A stretch of DNA of 37,387 nucleotides from Octopus bimaculoides (taxonomy: Eukaryota), in NCBI RefSeq assembly GCF_001194135.2, contig NC_068981.1:79887766-79925152 (forward strand). The letters run 5' to 3'. Below the pieces are notes generated by a model. It searched no databases. It saw only the letters and a list, made by a program, of their open reading frames with translations, and had not been told where the DNA came from. Shown one piece after another: positions 12,603-22,915 of this stretch. Numbering within the stretch: position 1 is the first letter of the stretch; the number at the start of each line of letters is the position of its first letter. The translations under genes and the position numbers were made by a program.

Positions 12603-13230
12603 AAATATCTTCTTTATTTTGGGGTAATTCAATGTTTTTCCAATCTTCTAGAGTACCAGTAATGTAATGAGGTTTTTGTTTTCGATCTGTTACGTACATT
12701 AACTTTGCATTGAGACAAAAATAAGAGTACGTGAAAGTGTAAGCCAAGAGCACAAGCTGAATTATATTTCTATTTTGGGGTAAATTCCCTCTCTTTGCAA
12801 TATGAATACCCTTGGGTCAGGGGTCGGCGAACAGGGATAAATTACCCAAAGTGGGGTAAAAATGAAATTCTTGTAGGTAATGAGGATACATTAGACATAA
12901 GTAAAATTATATGAAATAACGTGTTTCTTGTTACGACAGAAATTTTTGTTCTGGCATGAAGAGGTAGTCAAAAAAGTTGCTGCCGTTTGCAACAACCTAC
13001 CTCTGAGAATAAGGATTTTCCACTTTAATGAACATAAAAACAAAGCAGAGTAATCGACTGGACCCCGAAGACTATCCACATTTCTCTGGCATCAAAGTGC
13101 CCCAATTTTGATGTAATTGTGACAAAAATGAAACATCATTTCTCCAAAACCTGTAGTGAAAAAGTTCCTTGAGAAATCCTTTTGTTTCATAATGTGGATA
13201 TTAATTTATTTTATCGCATTTGTTTTATAA

Positions 13231-13450
13231 TTTTTTTTATTGCCCACAAGGGGCTAAACACAGAGGGGACAAACAAAGAGATTAAGTCGATTACATCGAT
13301 CCCAGTGCGTAACTGGTACTTATTTAATCGACCCCGAAAGGATGAAGGGCAAAGTCGACTTCGGCGGAACTTGAACTCAGAACGTAACGGCAGACGAAAT
13401 ACCGCTAAGCATTTCACCCAGCGTGCTAACGATTGTGCCAGCTCACCGCC
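13231..13450 (-). mobile_element. tRNA-derived SINE, family A, near full length, with Tx1-like 3' tail and poly(A)
   Basis: Minus-strand head GGCGGTGAGCTGGCACAATCGTTAGC (A-box), GAGTTCAAGTTCC (B-box), body shared with more than 10 other copies in the window, and tail TTGTCCCCTCTGTGTTTAGCCCCTTGTGGGCAATAAAAAAAA. Confidence 0.9.
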
Positions 13451-13844
13451 TTTTTTATATATTTATAATTGTATAAATAAATTCAATAAACCTTTTGAAT
13501 TCAAAGAATCTATGATTTTCTTCCTTTCAAATCAAGGGGATTACATCGGTGTAAATAAATATATTTTGAGGTAATTGGTTAAAAATGTCCCCCGACCTCT
13601 GCCCTAGATAGTTAACTACGCTTCTTTCTCTGTCAGATGAGCTTTCTGTCTAGTACAATTAAATATGTTATGCACATCAGGATTTGTCTTCCTAAAAATT
13701 AAATCTATTACAGACTTTGTAACTGTGAGGTACATAGCAGTTATTGCCCTTGGTCAAATCATTGTTCACTGCATACATGAATTTGCAGTTTCTATCATTC
13801 ACTTCATATTTTATAGATGGGTGAAACACGCACACGCGCGCGCG

Positions 13845-13882
<38 letters not shown>

Positions 13883-13884
13883 TG

Positions 13885-14534
13885 TTTTGAGAAAGAAGAT
13901 TGATTCAAAATTCTCTCACAATGTAGAGGTTTGAACTTAGAAATGCTCAATAGTAACTTTAATCAAAACATATAAATATGTAATGTCAAGAAACAAAAGA
14001 CCTGGTAATTCAATCCGCAAACATGACATGTTACTTTACAACCCCTAATTTAGGGTCGATAATATCCTCTACTAATAATTCGAAAATTAGTACACAGACA
14101 GCTAAATTCAATGTCAGATAAACAAAGTAATCTTAATCAATTTCCCAACAATAAAACATACACAACCCTTAGCTCCAATACGATTGCCCAGTCTGAAATT
14201 GGTACTCATAATCTAAATAACATTATTGGCCAGCAAACTAATACCTCGGCCCCAAATTTATCTAAATTAAAAACGAAACAGCAAAAAGCAATAAAAAGAT
14301 GCGATTGTTGCGTAAAAGATTTCTGCCTCCTTGCTGGACATTGTATGCTGCATAACGTTATTTATAAATGTCAGGTATCCACGCAAGATGCACAGCCTGA
14401 AATATATATCGATAGCACCACCGATTTCAAGCGGAGATATCGAAATCGCATCAACTCTTTTAACGACCCTAAATATAAAACCACTACCATACTTGCTAAC
14501 TATGCGCACAAGCTCAAAGCAGAAAACGGGGCCT
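13885..14534 (+). mobile_element. Penelope-like element remnant (RT thumb/linker plus GIY-YIG endonuclease)
   Basis: RKHDMLLYNP (compare IWFNPP), then ORF 14111-14542 with CDC...CLLAGHC...NVIYKCQV...IYIDSTTDFKRRYRNRINSF, matching the PLE Cys-linker and GIY-YIG pattern. Confidence 0.8.
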
Positions 14535-15208
14535 TTGGATAATTTACAGAGATCTCTGGCTTGGAAATGTTACCGATGAGCCTTACCTGTTCGGGAGAAA
14601 CTCGCCAAGCACAGCATTCCGTGCCAGCCCACTTGCCCAAGATGTAAGCGGAGCAGTGAAACTGTTCTGCACGCTACTGTGCAGTGTCCGAGGTTATCGG
14701 AGTTGTGGGTTTTTGTCGAACACCTGCTGTCGTGTTTAGGAAGAGTAAAGTTGTCTTCCGAGTCGATCATAAAGATTGTTCCTCCAGCCTCCTTGAAAAG
14801 GAAGGGGAAGGTCTGTTTTCTTACTGTAGTAGCGATTGTAAAAGAGGTGATGTGGAAGTCGCGCATGAAAGGAACAAGGACAAGCAACTTCATCTCCAGT
14901 CGGGGTTTGGTAAGCTTTTTTGCTTCCCAACTCAAGAGGAAGATGTGGCTGGAGAGGAGTTGCCTATCATTGAGTATATTCAAGAAAAGATGGGAAAAGC
15001 GGCATATATGTTGAGAGTGAATGTGCCTACTTAAGAGAAGACAAAAGATATCACGAAAGGATCACCCATTTATCACTTCATGTTTTTTTGCTTTTTCATT
15101 ATTCTCGTTATATTTTTTAAAAATCATCCTCTTATTCATTCGAAGGCGAATCACCCCTAACCCCTTGTCTATTCCCTCTATGTTAGGCCTTTATGGCCAA
15201 AATAAAAT
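14535..15208 (+). mobile_element. Tx1/L1-group LINE, short 5'-truncated copy inserted in the Penelope remnant
   Basis: Nucleotide and peptide similarity to 34290-34790 (DNLQRSLAWKCYR vs DNFQKSLAWQCY; LSSESIIK). Ends ...CCCTCTATGTTAGGCCTTTATGGCCAAAATAAAAT. Confidence 0.85.
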
Positions 15209-15228
15209 CAATTCGTCATGGAGAACCT

Positions 15229-15318
15229 GTTACTCTGAAGAAGGAGGAATTGCTAAACAATGGGTACTATATCCCTTTATTTTTCCGCAATGAACCCCCA
15301 GAAACGGCCGTTGGTACC
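15229..15318 (+). ncRNA. Type I hammerhead-ribozyme-like motif in the presumed Penelope terminal repeat
   Basis: Core CTGAAGA at 15235-15241 and GAAA at 15301-15304. Palindromic stem III AACGGCCGTT at 15303-15312 with a GUU triplet. Stem I pairs TACT with GGTA. The extended stem II (GGAGG/CCCCC, ATTGC/GCAAT) lacks its basal pair (A/A). Confidence 0.6.
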
Positions 15319-15674
15319 CTACTTTAACTAATTTTAACTATCCCGAATTTTAACTTCGCTCCTCATTGTATCTTTTAGTTCGCTTCCATCACCACTTCAG
15401 ACTTTCTCCACTATTTTTACCAATGCACGCACGTTTTAACGTTTTTTATGCCTCCACTCTGAGATTTTTTAAAATCTATTAATTTACACATATATATTTT
15501 TAATTAATTAATTTAGTTATTTATAGATTTTTAAAAAATGTCTGTGTATTTATATATTTTCATTCTATCTTATACATTTGTCCTTTAAATCCATCGCTAA
15601 TCAGAGTCATGTTTGCGGATTGAATTACCAGGTCTTTTGTTTCTTCACATTACACACACACACACATATATATA

Positions 15675-15840
15675 CGACAGGCTTCTTTCAGTTTCCGCCT
15701 ACCAAATCCACTTACAAGGCTTTGGTAGTTCCGAGGCCATAGTAGAAAACACTTGCCCAAGGTGCCTGCTGCATGTGGTTGAGAAGCAAGCTTCTTACCT
15801 CAATGTGGTTGAGCAGCAAGCTTCGTACCACACAGCCATG
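15675..15840 (-). mobile_element. tRNA-derived SINE, family B, internally rearranged
   Basis: Minus-strand CATGGCTGTGTGGTACGAAGCTTGC head with a duplicated ~30-bp head segment (ATGTGGTTGAG(A/C)AGCAAGCTTC), then GCACCTTGGGCAAGTGTTTTCTACTATGGCCTCGG...GAAACTGAAAGAAGCC. Confidence 0.8.
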
Positions 15841-16494
15841 ACGTACATACACACATGTACCAAGGATAAATGCAACACAATTCCGCAGAGTTTCCATTTA
15901 GTAATGTTTTGATAGAAGACACCAATAAATAAAGCAAGGGAAATAACTCGAATAAGATTAGATAACTGATATTTTTGAGAAATAAGTACGATGTAAATTT
16001 AAATGGCTGTTGTTTATAAAGCGAGAGGCGCGTTGTCGGTTTATTAGACTACTTCATAATGCACAATATACTGCATAGTGAGATCAAATATAAACCATAT
16101 GGTTGCAAAAAAAAAACAAAAAAACAAAGAAAAGACGGACTACTTAGCTACATTTCCATCAGGCAAAGTGCAATATAAACGACGAATACGTCTTTCACAG
16201 CACTACTCGTTCTCTGGCTAATCTAATTAGTCCACTTGTCAATGTCCGGTGGGATGTGAGGGGGAATAGAATGTTGGTTAAACATATCTAGAGTTATCTC
16301 CCATACTACGGGATAATTGCCATATAATTAGTTATCGAATAATATTGTATTTTCCTCACCATATAATTACAGTAAAGCGTAAGATTTAGGTCACCACAAT
16401 ACCCAGTCCTTGTAGCGGTGTTGTGGCTTATGTGCCGTATTTTAATCATTTCCGGAAAGAATGCTTAATGAAAAAAGTCATGACGGAGTTCATC

Positions 16495-16740
16495 AGGCCC
16501 AGACCTTGTTGTGGTGGGGAGGCTTGCGTAACTCAATGATCCTGAAAGCTATTGCAGTGAAGCACAAGCTTTTGGTAGTGCTTCCCATAGTGGACAGGTC
16601 AAAGAATAGAGGCCAGACTATGATATGGATCGCATCTTCCCAAATGCAAAAATGGGTTTACGTTAGGCCAACGCCTCTACATAGAAAAGTAAAATTACAG
16701 AGACATCAATGACAAGATAAAACTAACGCGACCTGGGAGA
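16495..16740 (+). mobile_element. Probable RTE LINE 5' UTR fragment
   Basis: CCTTGTTGTGGTGGGGAGGCTTGCGTAACTCAATGATCC...GGACAGGTC...GGCCAGACTA resembles the RTE-clade 5' leader from memory. No ORF follows. Confidence 0.5.
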
Positions 16741-16867
16741 TGACAGTTTCAAGTTGAGAATAGTGGGGAAAAGAGGTTCATGGTCCATTCTCCATAGGCA
16801 ATAAAAGGTTTAAGTAAGTATTGAAGGGCTTCGAGTTAACGAATTTTGGATTTAACGACTGAATATC

Positions 16868-17724
16868 GGTTTCAAAATTTGGCTGAAGACCAGCAATATC
16901 GGGCGAGGGGGTTAAGTCCATTACACTGACGCCAGTGCTCAACTGGTACTTATTTAATCGACCCCCAAAAGAATGAAAGGCAAAGTTGACCTTGACAGAA
17001 TTAATGATTGAATATGAATAATTCTTTGTACTATAGGCATAAGGCCTGAAATTTTCGGGCAGAGAGGAAGTCGATTGCACCGACCCTAGTACTTAATTGG
17101 TACTTATTTATAATCGATCACGAAAGGATGAAAAGCAAAGCCTACCTTGACGGAACTCAGAACATGAAGTCAGACAAAATGCCGCTTAGTATTTTTGTCC
17201 ATCTTGCTAACGATTTAGTAGCTCGCTGCCTTCTGAATGAAAAGGGGTAAGTTGAATACATAGAACCCAGTGCTCAACTGATACTTATTTTATCAAGGCA
17301 AAGTCGACCGCGGTGGAATTTGAACATAAATTGAGGCAAAATGCCGCTAAGCGTTTTGCCCAACCTGCTAACGATTCTGTCAGATCGCCGCGCTCTCTGA
17401 ATATTAATAATCCTGTCTATTATCGACACAAGGGTTAGGGACAGACGAAATGCCGCTAAGAATTTCGCCCAGTGTGCTAACGATTCTGCCAGCTCACCGC
17501 CTTCTCTGAATATTTTTTTCTATTTTAGGCATAAGACCCGAAATTTTTGTGGAGGGGGCCGGTCGATTAGATCAACCGCAGTACGAAACTGGTACTTAAT
17601 TTATCGAGCCCGAATTTGAACTATTTGCGGAATTTGAACTCAGAACGTAGACAGACGAAATATCGCTGAGCATTTCGCCCGGTGTGCTAACGTTTCTGCT
17701 CGCTCACCGCCTTATCTGAATATT
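16868..17724 (-). repeat. Head-to-tail array of five family A SINE copies
   Basis: Copies at approximately 16868-17001, 17020-17232, 17245-17393, 17406-17503 and 17517-17713, all on the minus strand. Linker TCTGAAT(ATT) at 17232, 17396, 17505 and 17715. Confidence 0.85.
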
Positions 17725-18134
17725 AATAATAAAATACTGTATTACCACTATACTCACAGAAAAATTCTCTTCAATCACACCGTACAAAGAGGAAGTAAAA
17801 ATTATGTGTTCTCAATTTTAATGTTATAATTTTATATTGTGCAAAGCCTTTTTTCTTTTTTTTTTTTTACATTACAACCCCATAAAAAATGGCCTCAAGG
17901 TTATCTACGATTTAACGAACTTTCGGCATTAACGGACGCATCTTGCCTTCATTTAGTTCACGATATCAAAGTTTTGCTGCATTTCTGAATTTCTGATAAG
18001 CATTAAGTTCGCATTAACATTCGAAAACCAGATGTATAACACTAAAGCGATAATCTAATACCCGATTGGTCTACCACTGTTCTTCCTGTGTTGTTTGTTT
18101 TTTAATGTTTATTGTCTTAACACACACACAAAGC

Positions 18135-19148
18135 TTCCTTATTTCGTGAATTATCACGAATCCTAGGTGTTCACCACAATCGTACGACCAGCTACCATCC
18201 AGCTTCCAACGGGATGGTCGAACGTTTTCACAGGCAACTGAAGGCCGCCCTACGTGCCACTCCTGATCCGCAGTCTTGGACAGAATTCCTGCCTATCGTT
18301 CTTCTTGGTTGTCGCACTGCCGTTAAGACAGACTTAGGTTTCTCCTCTGCCGAACTCCTTTACAGTACCACCTTGGCACTTCTTAGTACAATGTTAACAC
18401 CAGCCAATTCATCGCATCCTGATCCAATGTATGTCACCAAACTTCGCTTGTATTTCTCGAGCCTTTCACCAATGTATCCGCGTGATCATTCTATTCCCCC
18501 TCACATCCCACCGGACATTGACAAGTGGACTAATGTTTATGTTCGGGATGATTCTGTCAGAGTTCCGCTCGTTTCTCCCTATAAAGGACCGTTTGTGTGC
18601 TATCGCGCACACCCAAAACTTTTAGTCTCGACATCAATGATCGGAAAGAGACCGTGTCAGTCGACAGACTTAAAAAGTCATATTTTGAGGTTTCCATACA
18701 ACTTCGATGACACTCTGGCCCACTTTTGATCCGTTACAACCACCTACACATCCACCCGCACATGCACCTTTGATCACACCATCACCTACGTCTCCACCTT
18801 CGTCGCCACAACCTAGCCCAAACAAACCTTATGTCATCAGGACAGGTCGTACTGTGCATTGGCCCCCAAAACTTACCAAAACTATTTATATCTGACAATC
18901 TCTTTTGTGTTTTCTGTGACAGACAATTGCTTTCTTGTGTTAATGAACAATTCCAATACTCTGCCATTGAACATTTTGTCAAATTTTGTGCATGCCAATT
19001 TATATTTCTTGCAATTATTTTTCTTTTTGGCTTGTCACATTTTTGTACCATATCTTGTTGTTTGCGATCGATTACCATCTTTGCTTTTTTCTTGTGCCTG
19101 CTCCAGTTATTCTCTATTTTCGCACTGGCATTCTTAGGGGGGAACCCC
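18135..19148 (+). mobile_element. Ty3/Gypsy integrase C-terminal fragment, 3' UTR and polypurine tract
   Basis: SLFRELSRILGVHHNRTTSYHPASNGMVERFHRQLKAAL...LPIVLLG...SSAELLY, with later PYKGPF in ORF 18214-18729. PPT-like AGGGGGGA lies immediately before the LTR. Confidence 0.9.
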
Positions 19149-19555
19149 TGTAACGAGGCACAAAGAAGCCAGCGCCATTTTGAAACGGCAAGATCTTGCC
19201 TGCAACCATTGCCATACGCGAGACAAAAACAAGATCTCGCCTGCAACCATTATTTAAGGAAAAGACAACAACCTTTTTTCCCTCTCATTCTTCTCACGCT
19301 GACGCCGAGCAAGACTTTGAAGCCAGGAGCTCACAGCGGACTCTTGTCCCACTGTGATACCTCATGCATTGTCTCCAGAGGTTATTGAACCTTATGTGTA
19401 TGGGAGAGAAGGCTAACTACGCACTGCCGTGAAGATGGTTACTGAAAGCAAACCCCTTGTACGAAGCACCTGTGAATAAATGGTTATTGAATTTACTCTG
19501 CCTGAGAACTTCATTCTTCGTATTTCCAGCTCCTTGAATCAACAGAACCATTATA
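19149..19555 (+). mobile_element. 3' LTR (~400 bp) of that Gypsy element
   Basis: Starts TGTAAC after the PPT. Contains a 22-bp direct repeat (19189-19210 and 19230-19251), TATTTAA at ~19251 and AATAAA at 19475-19480. The end TTATA is a degenerate TTACA, so the right boundary is uncertain. Confidence 0.7.
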
Positions 19556-19619
19556 ATGGAAGAAGATACCCCAAAAGTATCATAAAAATCTTCCTTCCAT
19601 TATAAGTTCATTATTCTTA

Positions 19620-19945
19620 TTCTTTGCTTTTCATTTCTTTGGAGTCAATAAAATAAGTACCAGTCAAGCACCGGAGTCGATGTAATCAACTTACCTCATC
19701 CTCAAAATGCTAGCCTTGTGCCAAAATTTGAAATTACTACAACTACTACTACTACTACTACTACTGTCCTTAGAAAAGTTAATTTTGGACTAGGCGCTGA
19801 GCTGGTAGAATCGTTAACACGCCGGGCAAAATGCTTAGCGACATTTCGTCCGTCTTTATCTTCTGAGTTCAAATTCCGCCGAAGTCAATAAAATAAGTAC
19901 CTGTTATTCCCGGGGTCGATGTAACTGACTTATCCCCTTCCCTGA
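19620..19945 (+). mobile_element. Two family A SINE copies: a 3' part with (ACT)n tail, and an internally deleted copy starting at 19792
   Basis: AAATAAGTACC...GTCGATGTAA...CCTTGTGCCAAAATTTGAAA followed by (CTA)n. The second copy has the AGGCGCTGAGCTGGTAGAATCG head and GAGTTCAAATTCC B-box. Confidence 0.8.
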
Positions 19946-20073
19946 NNNNNNNNNNAAATATCGTTCATTATTTAACCTTTAGGTTAAATACCTAATTCCT
20001 CACATCAAACTTTAAGAAGGAAAAATGAAGAACGGATAACGCAGTCTCTAAACCAGAAACATAACAATATTTA

Positions 20074-20148
20074 TTCTTGTAGTATATTCATACAGCATGG
20101 TTATTCGGCAGTTCTTGTCGGTATATTCATACAGCATGGTTATTCGGC
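20074..20148. repeat. Tandem duplication with a ~39-bp period
   Basis: GTATATTCATACAGCATGGTTATTCGGC starts at 20082 and again at 20121. Confidence 0.9.
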
Positions 20149-20284
20149 TGTTAGTCGTTCCATCACTTGTCCGCTGATCCCGTCACGAGTTAGTTGGGTC
20201 TCGAAGAGAGCGATACAAAACACGTCCTTCGCCCACGAAGTTGTCGACGCAAGAGAAAGATAAAACGCGGGAAAACGTTGAGAG

Positions 20285-20410
20285 AGTCGAACTACGCATG
20301 CGCATGGGACTCTTCCTGTGTTCCTTCCGGAACTAGTCCCTGCGCATGCGTGGATGAAAACGCAGTAATGGCGACTGTATTTTTGGCGCCAAATGACGTC
20401 ACTACACAGT
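20285..20410. promoter_or_regulatory. CpG-rich housekeeping-type promoter cluster (inverted NRF1-like pair, ETS, YY1-like, CRE)
   Basis: ACGCATGCGCATGGGACT (20294-20311) and AGTCCCTGCGCATGCGT (20335-20351) form an inverted repeat. TTCCGGAA at 20325-20332, ATGGCG at 20368-20373 and TGACGTCA at 20394-20401. Confidence 0.6.
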
Positions 20411-20670
20411 ATTAAACTTTTTCTATCCAAAGGTTTTAACTCAATATTTACTCGCTATTATTTATAGCTTTATCTACTACGAGTTCCATCGTTATGAAGC
20501 TCTGTGACTGTACGCGCGCGCGCACACTCACACACCAACACAAACGCACAACACACACATACACGTGTCCACTCAACTATATGTACCCGGGTGGTGGTTG
20601 GGTCATTGTTAATTCATTTAAATATCGTCTAAATGTTTATGAATGCATACCTACAAATCTGCAAGTAAAT

Positions 20671-20938
20671 ATTCTTTTCTACTCCCGGCACAAGGCCCGA
20701 AATTTTGGGTGAGGGGGGGGGGCAGCCGATTAGATCGACTCTAGTACGCATCTGGTACTTAATTTATCNNNNNNNNNNCGATTAGATCGACTCTAGTACG
20801 CATCTGGTACTTAATTTATCGTCCCCGAAAGGATGAAAGGCAAAGTCGACCTCTGTGGAATTTGAACTTAGAACGTAAAGACAGAAGAAATACCACTCAG
20901 CATTTTGCCCGGCGTGCTAACGTTCCTGCCTGTTCACC
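20671..20938 (-). mobile_element. Family A SINE with an artefactual 42-bp duplication across a 10-N gap
   Basis: Family A body and tail (GGCACAAGGCCCGAAATTT). Positions 20727-20768 are identical to 20779-20820. Confidence 0.85.
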
Positions 20939-21247
20939 TCATTGCCCGCATGTAAATATTGTACTACGAGTCTACCTTACTTATTATCTCCCGCCTAATC
21001 ATGATTTGTATGCTTTCTAAACTCTTCTTACCCGCCTCTCCCATACACCCTTATTCTATCCTTTGGCACAAAAGGGCTATGTTATTCACTCCCCTTTCTA
21101 AGACTTCTATTATGTTTATTTTAATACTCTTGGACATCACGGAGCTCTTATGGACTAAGTATTCGGTGGCCATGGGTTTCGCATAATATGTATTTTGTAA
21201 CCTATTTTCTCTAACCAGAGTTCAGTATCAAGGGCAAGTAGTTAAGT

Positions 21248-21259
21248 ATGCACGAACAG
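21248..21259 (+). CDS. Speculative initiating micro-exon (MHEQ) of the EGF-like gene
   Basis: ATG CAC GAA CAG|GTAGTC. Phase 0 is compatible with the 21506 acceptor and gives a signal-peptide-like MHEQIFLVFVFGVTL. Otherwise unsupported. Confidence 0.2.
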
Positions 21260-21505
21260 GTAGTCCGTTGTCATCTTGACACTTTGGCTGGATGGAATTA
21301 GCTATGAGCGAGATGCAACCCCCCAGTAGTATAAGTGAAGAATGTAAGAGGGTGGATAGCCCCGGGTGACACTTTTATGAGGTTCGCACTTTCGGGTCCA
21401 CTGTGCGATTGAATAGGCTTGAAGCCTGGGAGATGGTGAAATCAAGGCTACCACCTTTGGTACACATTCTAGCTCCGCCACAGCTTTATGTGGTTATCTT
21501 TTCAG

Positions 21506-21688
21506 ATTTTTTTGGTATTTGTATTTGGGGTGACCTTAAACAGGAAGTTTATGTTGTCTCTGTATCTGCTGAACATGATAACAGATATTGGTTTTATTTC
21601 TAAATACCTCCTGAATTTTTTTCTCCCACAAAACTATGAAGAGGTTGGCCACATCTCCAGCATCATTCTAGCACAACTATGTAGGTGG
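21506..21688 (+). CDS. Candidate upstream exon of the EGF-like gene (IFLVFVFGVTLNRKF...ITDIGFISKYLL...GHISSIILAQLCRW)
   Basis: Acceptor TCTTTTCAG|, with only one open frame. The phase-0 donor TGG|GTGAAA (21689) fits the next exon, but a stronger AG|GTGGGT donor at 21685 is phase 2. The adjacent gap could hide another exon. Confidence 0.5.
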
Positions 21689-22428
21689 GTGAAACANNNN
21701 NNNNNNNNNNNNNNNNNNNNNNNNNNNNNNNNNNNNNNNNNNNNNNNNNNNNNNNNNNNNNNNNNNNNNNNNNNNNNNNNNNNNNNNNNNNNNNNNNNNN
21801 NNNNNNNNNNNNNNNNNNNNNNNNNNNNNNNNNNNNNNNNNNNNNNNNNNNNNNNNNNNNNNNNNNNNNNNNNNNNNNNNNNNNNNNNNNNNNNNNNNNN
21901 NNNNNNNNNNNNNNNNNNNNNNNNNNNNNNNNNNNNNNNNNNNNNNNNNNNNNNNNNNNNNNNNNNNNNNNNNNNNNNNNNNNNNNNNNNNNNNNNNNNN
22001 NNNNNNNNNNNNNNNNNNNNNNNNNNNNNNNNNNNNNNNNNNNNNNNNNNNNNNNNNNNNNNNNNNNNNNNNNNNNNNNNNNNNNNNNNNNNNNNNNNNN
22101 NNNNNNNNNNNNNNNNNNNNNNNNNNNNNNNNNNNNNNNNNNNNNNNNNNNNNNNNNNNNNNNNNNNNNNNNNNNNNNNNNNNNNNNNNNNNNNNNNNNN
22201 NNNNNNNNNNNNNNNNNNNNNNNNNNNNNNNNNNNNNNNNNNNNNNNNNNNNNNNNNNNNNNNNNNNNNNNNNNNNNNNNNNNNNNNNNNNNNNNNNNNN
22301 NNNNNNNNNNNNNNNNNNNNNNNNNNNNNNNNNNNNNNNNNNNNNNNNNNNNNNNNNNNNNNNNNNNNNNNNNNNNNNNNNNNNNNNNNNNNNNNNNNNN
22401 NNNNNNNNNNNNNNNNNNNNNNNNNNNN

Positions 22429-22473
<45 letters not shown>

Positions 22474-22474
22474 G

Positions 22475-22518
<44 letters not shown>
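22429..22518. repeat. (TA)n/(TG)n compound microsatellite
   Basis: Direct reading. Confidence 0.95.
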
Positions 22519-22522
<4 letters not shown>

Positions 22523-22915
22523 TAATAACAGTTTGACTCAGCTCCACATAACTTAAAGTTTCAAGAGCGATTAGGACACGTCTAACTCATTAGATTCGAT
22601 GAGAGTGTGTGTCCACTTCTATTGCTCTTATGCAGTTACATTTTTAAAGATTTTTTTTTCTATTGATAAATACATTGTAAAATATAAGTGGTTTGGCATT
22701 GATGCTATCTTAAGGACATGAATGGTAAGGACATCGAAACTGATCACAGCCTCGGGTTTTCCTGAGCCTATACCGCAACCCAACAATACATGATGGGAAC
22801 ACCAGAATTTTCTAAGAATTTATTTATTTATTTGGTTTTTGCTTAAAAACAATTTTTCAAGCAATAATTTCATACATTCTGTTATTTTTATTTTTTTAAG
22901 AAATTATATCAACAG

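Noticed and set aside
12610-12880. CAGGGGTCGGC and repeated TTTTGGGGTAA motifs as a hAT MITE
   Set aside because: No matching second TIR or 8-bp TSD was found.
16868-17724. Repeat array as a CRISPR or tRNA gene cluster
   Set aside because: Units are 100-200-nt diverged SINEs with A/B boxes but no cloverleaf, in a eukaryotic context with no cas genes.
20727-20820. Exact 42-bp direct repeat with a short spacer (CRISPR-like or tandem duplication)
   Set aside because: The spacer is a 10-N contig join inside a SINE, so this is a typical unmerged contig overlap.
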